Assembly (NCBI GenBank): GCA_964645805.1
Contig: CAZYBL010000002.1
Coordinates: 1 to 24,893, forward strand
Origin: an uncultured Candidatus Peribacteria bacterium
GTDB lineage: Bacteria; Patescibacteriota; Gracilibacteria; Peribacterales; Peribacteraceae
Direction: 5' to 3'
Length of the DNA: 24,893 bases
This document shows positions 1-8,957 of the stretch, in pieces (within the stretch, counting starts at the first letter, position 1; each line of letters begins with the position of its first letter). The notes beneath the pieces were generated by a model. The model made no database searches. It had not been told where the DNA came from and worked only from the letters and a program-made list of their open reading frames with translations. Made by a program: the position numbers and the translations under genes.

Positions 1-66
1 AGATAAGTTATGGTTTCAGGTGTTTGATTTTATGCGTTTCATTTTTCAGACTAGGTTTTTAATATG

Positions 67-90
67 TATTATAGTTGCGCAACTATTATA
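67..90. promoter_or_regulatory. palindromic operator-like site
   Basis: Perfect 16-bp palindrome ATAGTTGCGCAACTAT (71-86), extended by TAT/ATA after one mismatch, in AT-rich intergenic DNA. Confidence 0.5.
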
Positions 91-125
91 TTAATCATTT
101 AATCTTTTAAATCCTATAAATCAAG

Positions 126-308
126 GTTAATGACCTACTCCCCGCACTAACGTGCGGGGTTTCTTGGCGTGTCATGAGAATTCAAAGATAAGTTGATAGA
201 TATTGTGGTTGAGGCTTTGAATTCTCATGCTGTAATCGTAGCACGACGAGGCGTCGTGCTACGACAAAGGCACAATTCATCCCCGGACTTACGTCCGGGG
301 TTCTCTTG
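126..308 (+). mobile_element. non-autonomous IS200/IS605-like element (PATE/MITE-like)
   Basis: Two same-orientation subterminal hairpins: TGACCTACT-CCCCGCAC-taac-GTGCGGGG-TTTCTT (140-159) and CAATTCAT-CCCCGGAC-ttac-GTCCGGGG-TTCTCTT (281-300). These resemble IS200/IS605-family ends. No transposase lies between them. Confidence 0.6.
238..262. repeat. REP-like palindrome with GTAG ends
   Basis: GTAGCACGACG-agg-CGTCGTGCTAC, a perfect 11-bp stem; both strands start with GTAG, as in RAYT-associated REPs. Confidence 0.7.
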
Positions 309-312
309 AAGG

Positions 313-348
313 AGAAAAGACGCCACGGTGAGGTTAGACCGCGGCGTC
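313..348 (-). terminator. intrinsic terminator of the 386-586 gene
   Basis: Minus strand GACGCCGCGGT-8nt-ACCGTGGCGTC (one G:U) followed by TTTTCT. Confidence 0.7.
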
Positions 349-385
349 AACGAGGGGCTTCGGAGGCCCCTACGGAGGTTGTTGG

Positions 386-586
386 CTATTTTTCTTTAGC
401 ACTCTTGTAACCTGTCCCCCAAAAGAGGACAAAGGCAAGTGCTATGAGAATCATCGCACCAAGAATGCTGAACTGGATGAGCGGATGGGACGTGAAGTCC
501 AGCATCCAAACAAATAGGCTATCGTCATGAGGACGATTGAACCATAATCCAGCCCACCATTCGTAAAGTCCGAAATAATCGTTCAT
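386..586 (-). CDS. small membrane protein (66 aa, one C-terminal TM helix, basic tail)
   Basis: ATG at 586 preceded by GGAG. Hydrophobic stretch LIQFSILGAMILIALAFVLFW, then KSAKEK. Has its own promoter and terminator. Confidence 0.65.
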   Translation of the reverse strand: MNDYFGLYEWWAGLWFNRPHDDSLFVWMLDFTSHPLIQFSILGAMILIALAFVLFWGTGYKSAKEK

Positions 587-704
587 GGTAAACTCCAATC
601 TTCCATGAAGCCAACTAAGCCCCTACCCGTTCGGCTCTGCCAGAACTAAAAAATAGGAGCAGTTGTTGGCTCTTTTGTGATATGATGTGTAAAAGAACCC
701 ATAC

Positions 705-732
705 ATTCTAGACCAATTTAGCTATTTGTCAA
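705..732 (-). promoter_or_regulatory. sigma70-type promoter
   Basis: Minus strand TTGACA-N16-TAGAAT. Confidence 0.65.
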
Positions 733-747
733 TCCCCTATTTCTCCC

Positions 748-1323
748 ATGAAAATCGTGTCTAAAGCGGTAATTGCAGGCATTGACGAGGCTGGAAGGGG
801 CGCAATTGCAGGCCCAGTCGTGGCTGGAGCATGCATACTTCCCAGAAAAAAAGACCTCCCCTCCTTTATTAAAGACTCAAAACTACTAAGTCCCAAGGAA
901 CGCGAAACAGCCTTCAAATGGATCAAAGACAACTGTAGTTGGGGCGTAGGAATAGTCACCGCCTGCGAAATTGATAAACTTAGGATCCTTGATGCAACCG
1001 AAAAGGCAATGCAAAGAGCTGTAGCTTCACTTTCAAAACAAACCAAGCCTACTTATCTTCTTGTAGATGGTAGAGATAAGTTCTGGTTCGATTACCCTCA
1101 CAGTTCAATAATCGATGGTGATGAAACTGAACCTTGTATTGCAGCTGCTTCGATTGTTGCAAAGGTAACACGCGATCGGATCATGCTTAAGCATGAAGAA
1201 ATATTTCCGCAATACGACTTTAAATGTAACAAAGGATACGGAACTCCTGAGCATTTTGATTTGGTAAAATCTAGAGGTCCCAGTGTTATTCACCGGCAGA
1301 CTTTTTTGCATATCAACAATTAA
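748..1323 (+). CDS. rnhB: ribonuclease HII
   Basis: Motifs GIDEAGRG, DSK, VDG, IAAASIVAKVTRD, NKGYGT.EH and HRQTF. Confidence 0.97.
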   Translation: MKIVSKAVIAGIDEAGRGAIAGPVVAGACILPRKKDLPSFIKDSKLLSPKERETAFKWIKDNCSWGVGIVTACEIDKLRILDATEKAMQRAVASLSKQTKPTYLLVDGRDKFWFDYPHSSIIDGDETEPCIAAASIVAKVTRDRIMLKHEEIFPQYDFKCNKGYGTPEHFDLVKSRGPSVIHRQTFLHINN

Positions 1324-1352
1324 CAATTAACAATTAACAGTTGACAGTTAAC
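1315..1352 (+). repeat. heptamer tandem array (AACAATT)3-AACAGTT-GACAGTT
   Basis: Five 7-nt units; the array supplies the last codons and TAA of rnhB. Confidence 0.9.
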
Positions 1353-1355
1353 TAA

Positions 1356-2151
1356 CTAATCTTTGTTACGTTTTTTAAAAACAATCAACAAAATTAATCC
1401 GACAATAATAATTGGAATCGTTAATAGTTGTCCCCTACTCATCATCACAACTCCAAAATCGAATGTTCCGTAAGGTTGTTCACGGAAGTACTCAACGACA
1501 TATCGCAGCAGCCCATACATTATCAAAAACAATGCAAAACCCTTTCCAGTCGATTGTCCTACAGACCCGTAGGGGCGACTGTACATACATTGTACATACA
1601 CCCGCAACAATCAAGTTCTTGAGTATTGCGTAAATTTGAGTCGGATGCCTGAGCCCTTCTACATCGGGAAAAGACATAGCCCACGGCAAAGTAGATTCAA
1701 TTCCATAAAGCTCACCGTTAATCAGATTCCCCACTCTGCCAAGTGCAAGGCCTAAAGCAACTGGCACTACAATTACATCTAACAGATCCAACAGATTGAT
1801 TTTTTGTTTCCTTGCAAACAACCAAAGAGCTAAACCTACTCCTATGAATCCTCCATGCGACGACATTCCCCCTTGCCAAACCTTGATTATTTCCAACGGA
1901 TTTGAAAGATAAAAGGTAGGCTCATAAAATAATACAAAACCAAGCCTGCCCCCAACAATCACTCCAATAACTCCCCAAGCAAGCAAAGTTGACCACGCAT
2001 CACGACTCAGAGAAAGACCTCTCCACTTCTGAATTTTCGGAAGCAAATACCAAGCTAATAGAAATGCTGCTAAATACATTAGTCCGTACCAGTGGATTGG
2101 GAATCCTGCGATTGTCAGAGCGATGGTTCTGCTTGGGAATAATTCAATCAT
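1356..2151 (-). pseudogene. lgt: prolipoprotein diacylglyceryl transferase, frameshifted near 1560-1605
   Basis: The N-part (1492-2151) has HWYGLMY, GGRLGFVLFY, GGMSSHGG, LGRVGNLINGELYG and HPTQIY. The C-part (FALFLIMYGLLRYVVEYFREQ...SRGQLL) is in the +1 frame (ORF 1356-1610). Confidence 0.9.
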
Positions 2152-3575
2152 TAGAATTTGGGTTTACATATCACTTTCAGAATTGGAGCCCCTTCAACTT
2201 CTTCAAGACAAGGATCATTCAAAAACCCGCTTACATGTTCACCATAATAATTATAGAAGAGGTTTGATGTCACAAAATAAAGTGGCCTTTCCGGAATCGA
2301 TGAAATGAGTACGAAGCGATCTGCATTCGAACCATACAATAACTTCTCCCAATCTTCATAATCCCACGTTGGAAAATCAAAAAGACCTGGTCCACCGACA
2401 TATAAATTCGGAAGCCAACCCAAAGCCCATGTAGCAGAATTATTCTCTAACGCAATAATCTTTGCATCCTCTTCCACGAATTCTGGAATAGTTGCAATCA
2501 CATTAAGCTCATCTTCGGATATCCTTGGAACCCATCTAAACATCGGTGGATAAGACCAAACCAACTGGATAGCAACCAAAACCACAATAATACTCTTCCC
2601 AAAATTACGACTTTTCCTCCACAAAACTAATAAAGCTATGGCAGCAAATGGCATTAAGAAGAAGTCAAACTGTAGGAAGAATCTTCTGTAAAAAACTAAT
2701 TTTAATGCGATAAAAACAAAGCAGATGAAAGGCGCGATCAACCAAACCGAGAATCTTTCACGCCTTATCCTTTGGATCCATCCTAATAAACCAAGTGCAA
2801 GTATCACTGTTCTGTGTTCAACATAATACATTGCCTCCGGGAAATGGCCTGATGGTGCACTCTCCCCCCTCAAAAGGAATATGGATTTGAAAGGAGCCCA
2901 GAAGGCTCGAAAAAATATTGGCGCATACCAGACTAAACCTAACGCTGCCACTGCAGCAAATGCCAAAGTCCACTTTCTAAACTGGGGATCTCTCCAACCA
3001 GTTCTAAAATGCAATATCCACCAGGCAATTAGTGTCAATCCGAGGATCAATCCAGTTTGATTGTGGCTTAATATTGTTAATGCACCAAATGGAATCATCC
3101 ACAAAGATCTTCTCTCGAAAAAATGAAAAGTGAGTATAAGGAATAGAAGTGCCAAATACGTCTTCCAATACATTTGTGCAAATCCATCAAAGTATGCAAT
3201 GGAAAAAATGCCCATCAACAATATAAGAATTCCAACTGACCTCCCTTCACGCTTGGCGAAGATCCATGCATATACTCCAAGTAGCCCTACTACAAACACA
3301 CTCCATATCCAGCCTAAGAACCAACTGACCGGAACTCCAAGTTTCATTAGCACGCTTCCTATCAAAAATAATCCATAAGGATATTCCTGCGCCCAAGGGC
3401 GTAGTTCTGGAAGCGAGGGAAACGCTTGAGAGTATTTGATAAACAAATACCTGTACATCCCAGGGTCATATCCAAGCGGGAGATTAAAGGCGAAGATGGG
3501 GTAGAGGAATTTTGCGAGTAGTAAAACTACAAGAATAGCCAAAAAGATATTACATTTAACCTTCTTCACAACCAT
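2151..3575 (-). CDS. polytopic membrane protein, probable GT-C-fold glycosyltransferase
   Basis: About 11-13 hydrophobic segments. First extracytoplasmic loop GYDPGMY has a GT-C-like Asp, and there is a soluble C-terminal domain. The stop overlaps the lgt start (TAATG). Confidence 0.6.
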   Translation of the reverse strand: MVVKKVKCNIFLAILVVLLLAKFLYPIFAFNLPLGYDPGMYRYLFIKYSQAFPSLPELRPWAQEYPYGLFLIGSVLMKLGVPVSWFLGWIWSVFVVGLLGVYAWIFAKREGRSVGILILLMGIFSIAYFDGFAQMYWKTYLALLFLILTFHFFERRSLWMIPFGALTILSHNQTGLILGLTLIAWWILHFRTGWRDPQFRKWTLAFAAVAALGLVWYAPIFFRAFWAPFKSIFLLRGESAPSGHFPEAMYYVEHRTVILALGLLGWIQRIRRERFSVWLIAPFICFVFIALKLVFYRRFFLQFDFFLMPFAAIALLVLWRKSRNFGKSIIVVLVAIQLVWSYPPMFRWVPRISEDELNVIATIPEFVEEDAKIIALENNSATWALGWLPNLYVGGPGLFDFPTWDYEDWEKLLYGSNADRFVLISSIPERPLYFVTSNLFYNYYGEHVSGFLNDPCLEEVEGAPILKVICKPKF

Positions 3576-3583
3576 AGGATACC

Positions 3584-4438
3584 CTAAATCCTCACCGCCT
3601 CAATAATTAATCTCTGTCTAGTTGATCCTACTGGATAACATGTTATGAGCTTAAGTAAACTCAAATCAGATTGCTGAGCTAGAATCATTGTATCATTCGC
3701 ATCAACGACTTTTGTGTTAGATATTTTGTAGCTAACTATCGATCCCCCACCGACAATGTTTATAACATCACCAACTTCAAGCTCAGGAAGCTTGGCAAAC
3801 AAATGACCAAAGTCACTTTCTTCCGCCCTTTCATGTGGAGGGCTTGAGTGTCCTGCAATAATCAAAGACCCATCTATACCAGGAGCAGATGAATGTGGAT
3901 AAGCGGTTGCGCCATGCAAAAGACCGACTTGCATTTGTTCTTCGAGCAGATCCCACTGTTTTGCATTCCAATATTTATTACTCGGAAGCATTACTGGTGC
4001 ACGAACCGAAATTCGCGGAATTGAAACCGATAGCCATCTTTTAATCTCCCATTGGCTTAATTCACTATCAATCTGACTGGTTTTTGCAACTTTCAGCACA
4101 GCTTCTGCCGTGCTCTGTTTATTAGATGGACTTACTTGTACTAACTCCGGCTCTGAAACTTTTTCCAGATCTTCTACCAAATCAATTTTAAAAGCCGGAT
4201 GAGGTTCCTCTTCTTTGATAAAAACCTCTTGCACCGGCTCTATTATTTTAAATGCTACGTTCTGTAATAATTCCTCTGGTTCTTTTGTAGACTCTATTTC
4301 CTCCTCATCAAGCAAAACCGATTCTGCAGTGTATTCTTTTACCTCCAATGACACAATATGAGACCAAATTGCCAATGAGACTGTTGCTATAAACCATGCA
4401 AAAACTATCGCAATTATCTGTTTTTTTCTTTGTGTCAT
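3584..4438 (-). CDS. sortase family protein
   Basis: N-terminal TM anchor; IAGHSS (catalytic His), LKLITCYPVGS (TC motif) and the downstream Arg in RQRLII. Confidence 0.9.
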   Translation of the reverse strand: MTQRKKQIIAIVFAWFIATVSLAIWSHIVSLEVKEYTAESVLLDEEEIESTKEPEELLQNVAFKIIEPVQEVFIKEEEPHPAFKIDLVEDLEKVSEPELVQVSPSNKQSTAEAVLKVAKTSQIDSELSQWEIKRWLSVSIPRISVRAPVMLPSNKYWNAKQWDLLEEQMQVGLLHGATAYPHSSAPGIDGSLIIAGHSSPPHERAEESDFGHLFAKLPELEVGDVINIVGGGSIVSYKISNTKVVDANDTMILAQQSDLSLLKLITCYPVGSTRQRLIIEAVRI

Positions 4439-4446
4439 TATATGTT

Positions 4447-4475
4447 ATTATAGCATATTTTGATATATTTGACAA
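4447..4475 (-). promoter_or_regulatory. promoter for near-leaderless sortase mRNA
   Basis: TTGTCA-N17-TATAAT with TGc extended -10; ATG 8 nt downstream. Confidence 0.6.
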
Positions 4476-4746
4476 TTATGACCATATTTTGCATTTATTT
4501 GCCTTTTCATAGATCTCAACATCTTACTTCCTCATAATTGTTCCCCCCATACCTGAAACCATTTTTGTCCCTAGTTTAAGCCAAAAAGTAGATTGAGCAA
4601 AAAGTTTATACAAAATATTGTATTGACGGTGTTTTCTGTCTGACACATTATTAAGTAGCGCCCCACCCACCAACAGCTTCCCACCCCTGGGGGGGAGGGT
4701 GTATCTAGATGTATCGATAACCCCGCATCAACCACCCATCAAAACA

Positions 4747-5766
4747 ATGCTAATCCTCGCCATAGAAACCTCCTGCGACGAAACATCCGCTGCCATCGTA
4801 AAAGATGGACGAAAAGTCCTAAGCAACGTAATTGCAAGCTCAAAAGAAGCATTTTCAAATTCTGGCGGCGTAATCCCTGAGCAAGCAGCAAGACAACAGG
4901 TTAGGTGTGTGCTACCTGTAATCAATCAGGCACTCAAAGAAGCCAACATTACCAAAGATGATATTGACGCAATTGCAGTTACCAAAGGCCCGGGGCTCCT
5001 GGTCTCATTAATAGTAGGAACAACTGTTGCCAGAACTCTTTCCTCCATTTGGAAAAAACCACTGATTGGAATTCACCATACACTCGGTCATCTAAGTTCT
5101 ACATGGCTGGAAGTTGACGAAGAAATCGAGTTTCCAATCATCACCCTTTCTGCATCCGGAGGACATACGGATCTTTGGTTAAGAGAATCTCATACAAAAG
5201 GAAAACTCCTGGGACGAACCAGAGACGATGCAGCAGGTGAGGCTTTTGATAAGGGGGCTCAACTTCTTGGCCTCCCCTACCCCGGTGGTCCGGCAATTTC
5301 CGAAGCCGCAAACAAAGGTAATTTGGATGCATTTGAATTCCCAATTCCCATGCACAATGAAGAGTCACTGGATTTCAGTTTTTCCGGTCTTAAAACATCA
5401 CTCAAATACCTAATTCGTGATCTTGGAAAAGGTGACGATTGTCAATTGTCGAATGTAGCAGCTGCATATCAACATGCAATTTGCAGACATCTTTCTGAAC
5501 GCATAAAACTAGCAGTCAATAATTATCCCGAGATTGAAGAAGTTCATCTAGTCGGAGGAGTATCGGCCAACATTCATCTGCGAAAAATGGTAGAGGATTC
5601 AATTGCTCCGATAAAACTTAGAACACCTGTCAAAACCATCTACTGTACAGACCATGCTGCGATGATTGGAGCTGCTGCATTCTTTTTACATCAAGAAACA
5701 GGTGAGATTGCATTTGAAGAATTTGAGACGGTTGCATCTATGCCACTAAAAGAAGCTCTCATTTAG
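4747..5766 (+). CDS. tsaD: tRNA N6-threonylcarbamoyltransferase
   Basis: MLILAIETSCDETS, GPGL, HHTLGH, ASGGHT, TRDDAAGEAFDK, GLPYPGGP, FSFSGLKT, GGVSAN and CTDHAAMIG. ATG at 4747 preferred over GTG at 4699. Confidence 0.97.
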   Translation: MLILAIETSCDETSAAIVKDGRKVLSNVIASSKEAFSNSGGVIPEQAARQQVRCVLPVINQALKEANITKDDIDAIAVTKGPGLLVSLIVGTTVARTLSSIWKKPLIGIHHTLGHLSSTWLEVDEEIEFPIITLSASGGHTDLWLRESHTKGKLLGRTRDDAAGEAFDKGAQLLGLPYPGGPAISEAANKGNLDAFEFPIPMHNEESLDFSFSGLKTSLKYLIRDLGKGDDCQLSNVAAAYQHAICRHLSERIKLAVNNYPEIEEVHLVGGVSANIHLRKMVEDSIAPIKLRTPVKTIYCTDHAAMIGAAAFFLHQETGEIAFEEFETVASMPLKEALI

Positions 5767-5855
5767 AAAGCACTCAAGGCCGGCAAAAGCGCTGCCCCAA
5801 TAATTGCTAGTGCCCCCAACATTGCTACCACTCTAACGACTGTTTTTTGCTTCAT
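5763..5855 (-). CDS. small membrane peptide, 30 aa (not in the ORF track)
   Basis: MKQKTVVRVVAMLGALAIIGAALLPALSAF*: basic N-terminus plus one TM helix. It fills the gap after the PKD gene, and its stop overlaps the tsaD stop. Confidence 0.6.
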   Translation of the reverse strand: MKQKTVVRVVAMLGALAIIGAALLPALSAF

Positions 5856-5881
5856 AAAGGGATAAAAAATGTATAAATATT

Positions 5882-7906
5882 TTATTCTGCAGTTATAGTA
5901 ATTACCTTCTCGCTTCCAGTTCCAACAGCATCCTCAATACTTAGCTTAACACGATATGTTCCAGGTTCCTCAAATACATGTATCGGATTCTTCTCGTCAG
6001 ACTGAGCACCATCACCAAAGTCCCACTCAATACTTATAGGATTACCAGTCGTACATGACATATCGAAGCTTACTCCAAGTGGAGCCTTGCCAGATGTTCT
6101 ACTTGGGAACGCACACGCATCAAGTACAGGTGCACGTATTACTATCGTACGCTCTGCATCAAACTGTTTACCACTAGTTGTGTACGCAGTTAGTTTAACC
6201 TTAAATGTTCCTGGCTCTTCGAACAAATGCTCAACCAAAGCTCCACGCTGTTGAGGGCCACTCGAAATAGCATCCTCATCACCAAACACCCATTCAAATC
6301 CGGATATTTCCTCATCTCTAATAATTGTCTCGGATGCATCAAACCGAACAAGCAATGGTGCAGTTCCACCTTCAGGACTCATATGTATCGTCACTTCCGA
6401 CGCAGGTGGATCAACTGATAATGTAATTGGATGCCTTAAGACCTTTCATTTTGGATCTTCCGCAATCAACGTAATGTCATAATGACCAGGTCTTCTGTAA
6501 ATTGCCTGCAATTCGTTTTCTAGTGAACCTACACTTGTTGCACCTGGTGCTTCCCATCTGAATTCGATAAGCGGAGTTGAAGTCCTGGCAGCAATATTAA
6601 CAGTCAGTGGAACCTCGCCTTTGATTCTGTTTTGTTTTACTTACGGCTTGCCATCAAATTTCAAATCTTTCAAAACAAGCGGATCGACTATGCGTACAGC
6701 AGTATTCAGCTCAGCAATTCCCCCATCCTCTGCGTGAACGCGAACAGTAACCTGGTAAGTTCCTCTCTTATGGAATGTATGCCCGACTGTTTGTCCCCTT
6801 TTCTTTTTCGTTCCATCTCCAAATTCCCATATTACATCTCCAACAGGTACCTCGGTTTCAACTTTAAATTTTGTTCCAAAGGGAGCAGGACCAACCAGAT
6901 TATCCGGCTCAGTCTTTATCTCTACAGGAAATGGTGGCGGTTGAGGTTCGAAGATTTCAATCTCCCTTTCATACTTCTTTTGGGTTTGATTATCCAGCTT
7001 AACAATCGCAATAACTTTCACCTTTCCTGTCCTAAGATATGTGTGTACCGCATCAGGCAAATCCGAAACACTGTCCATTATTCCATCATCATCAAAATCC
7101 CACTGCACTTCTCTGATTAATCCAAGGTCATCAACCAAAGATTCGACGCTAAATTTTATTGGTTCATCAACCCCAGGATGCATTGGTGAATACGAAAACA
7201 CCTCTTGTGGAATAACAATCTGACGATTGATTGCTCTTATTCCACCATTGTTCAATTCCATTACTACACTTACAACGTATACTCCTTGCCTATCGAAAAT
7301 AGCAGTTGCCTCTGGTACCGTGGTCCGATCGTTTTCCTCACCATCACTATCAAAATCCCACGAGTATTCCCTTACTCCTATCCCCCTCTTATTCAAAACC
7401 TCTGCAGCTGAAGCAACACTGAATGTTATAGAAAGAGGAGCAACCATTTGGCTCTGATCAACTGGATCAACAATATTTACTACCAAAGGAGGTTCTTTCA
7501 TAGTGAGAACCGGCACAAGCATCGAAATAATTATTCCCGGAGCTACAAATCCCAAAACTCTTAGTGAGCCCATTATTCTCCTATTTGAATCAACACCCTT
7601 TCTAAATAATCTCTTAATAAAAAGGAGTGCGAACAAGAGCAAAACCACAATACCTCCAACAGCACTCATCACCCCCGGCTTAAGCAAGACATCAAACTTA
7701 TCAGAAGTATTAGGGAAAATACTTATCAGGAAAAAACACCAACCCAGATATGCTATATAGGGAACGCTGACTAGAACCAGCAATGCACTCTTCATTTTTT
7801 TGCGCGAATCCTCAGGAACACTTGCACGTGCCTCTTGAGTGGTAGCTGGAGCACTTAAAAGGCTATCAACCGATGGCCTTTGTTCCGGCTTCTTGTTGTC
7901 CGGCAT
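5882..7906 (-). pseudogene. membrane-anchored PKD-repeat protein, one reading frame with two internal stops
   Basis: ORFs 6641-7906 and 5882-6394 are in the same frame. The intervening sequence translates as a PKD-like repeat (WEAPG...IYRRPGHYDITLIAED) with TAA at 6641-6643 and TGA at 6446-6448. WDFGDG/WDFDDDG PKD motifs occur throughout. Confidence 0.8.
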
Positions 7907-7933
7907 GTAAAGAAGGGTTACAAGGAAAACAAA

Positions 7934-8882
7934 TCAAGGAGTTACTCCTATTATCTCCTCTATAATAGCATTTTCCAAGTCATTTGGGAGTGGTGATTCA
8001 ATTTTTTTTAGTTTAGTGTCACCCATAGAGCCAATTATGTTTTCTAATGATAAAGGTGCCGCATCAGATGGGGCTTCTATACTTGATATTTCATTCTCAA
8101 AGAACACTATAGTGAAAGAAAGGGCCAGCTTCGAGGCTTCAGAAATGCCAAACGGAGCAATAGTCCATCTTATCTTGGAAATCTGAAATGATTCTGCATC
8201 TACCCACAATTCACCTCTTGCCTCCATTTCTTCAACCAAATTGATGATCTCCTCTTTGTCATGATTTGAATTGGACTCCAGAGCCAAAACATCCAAATAT
8301 GCTTTAAGCTTCTCTTGATCTAACACTATCTCGTAACGGTAGGCCCTCCTGTTATTAACAAAATCAAATCCATTATCCGATTACTTGTGATTGGGCTCTA
8401 ATGAGTTGAGGGTCTGGTGCGATTGCTGTCTCTGGTTTAGACACGTCTTTCAAAGGTATCCTCCACCATTTATTCAGTATCGGTTCGATAATCATTGGCA
8501 TTGTAAGCGGATGGAGTGGATTGCTATCGGCTCTCAAAAATTTTATAAACGGATCGCTGGATTTAAGAAGTACGAAATCACTTTCTAATTGGAAAAGTGT
8601 GGTTTCATCATCAATTGGTAATCTGGCATTGGTATTGATTTTCCCTTTTACAGACTCGCCACCGTTTAAATAAAATCCATTGATCTTCGCAGTTCCACTC
8701 ACACCATGCTCACCATCTGTATCAAATACATATGTACCATCAACCATAAACTGCGCTTCTTTTCTATCCTTATTTGCTTTGACTGCTCTCTCCATAACTT
8801 CTTCTACAGAGAGTCGTTCAACCTGTTCACATGAGGACAAAAAGATGACACTGCATATTCCAAGGACTAGGAGCTTTTTCAT
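7934..8882 (-). pseudogene. putative lipoprotein, frameshifted near 8370-8385
   Basis: Lipobox LSSC after MKKLL (ATG 8882). The frame stops at 8373, but the +1 frame continues DNGFDFVNNRRAYRYEIVLDQEKL into ORF 7934-8326. Confidence 0.7.
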
Positions 8883-8904
8883 AGGACGAGAGTATGCCAT
8901 TCCA

Positions 8905-8957
8905 ACAATCAACTATCAACCAACTAGTTAATTGTTAACTGTTAATTGTTAATTGTT
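8905..8957 (-). repeat. heptamer tandem array (AACAATT/AACAGTT, then AGTTGAT units)
   Basis: Minus strand AACAATT-AACAATT-AACAGTT-AACAATT-AAC; it includes the stop of the 8949-10001 gene. Confidence 0.85.

Noticed and set aside
646-702. Thr-containing sORF MGSFTHHITKEPTTAPIF on the minus strand before the 586 gene
   Set aside because: The ATG is only 2 nt after the -10 box, so it is probably not transcribed; the hairpin is weak.
10-4562. 12-bp inverted match ATGGTTTCAGGT (10-21 versus 4551-4562)
   Set aside because: A single short match with no flanking similarity; compatible with chance.
5433-5457. GATTGTC-AATTGTC-GAATGTA inside tsaD as a heptamer invasion
   Set aside because: Only two good units, in frame; cannot be distinguished from chance without an alignment.
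5882-7906. Genetic code 25 (UGA=Gly) for the whole genome
   Set aside because: Genes at 12991, 13968, 20689 (TGA TGA) and 21481 end at TGA, long genes lack internal TGA, and the PKD gene also has an internal TAA.
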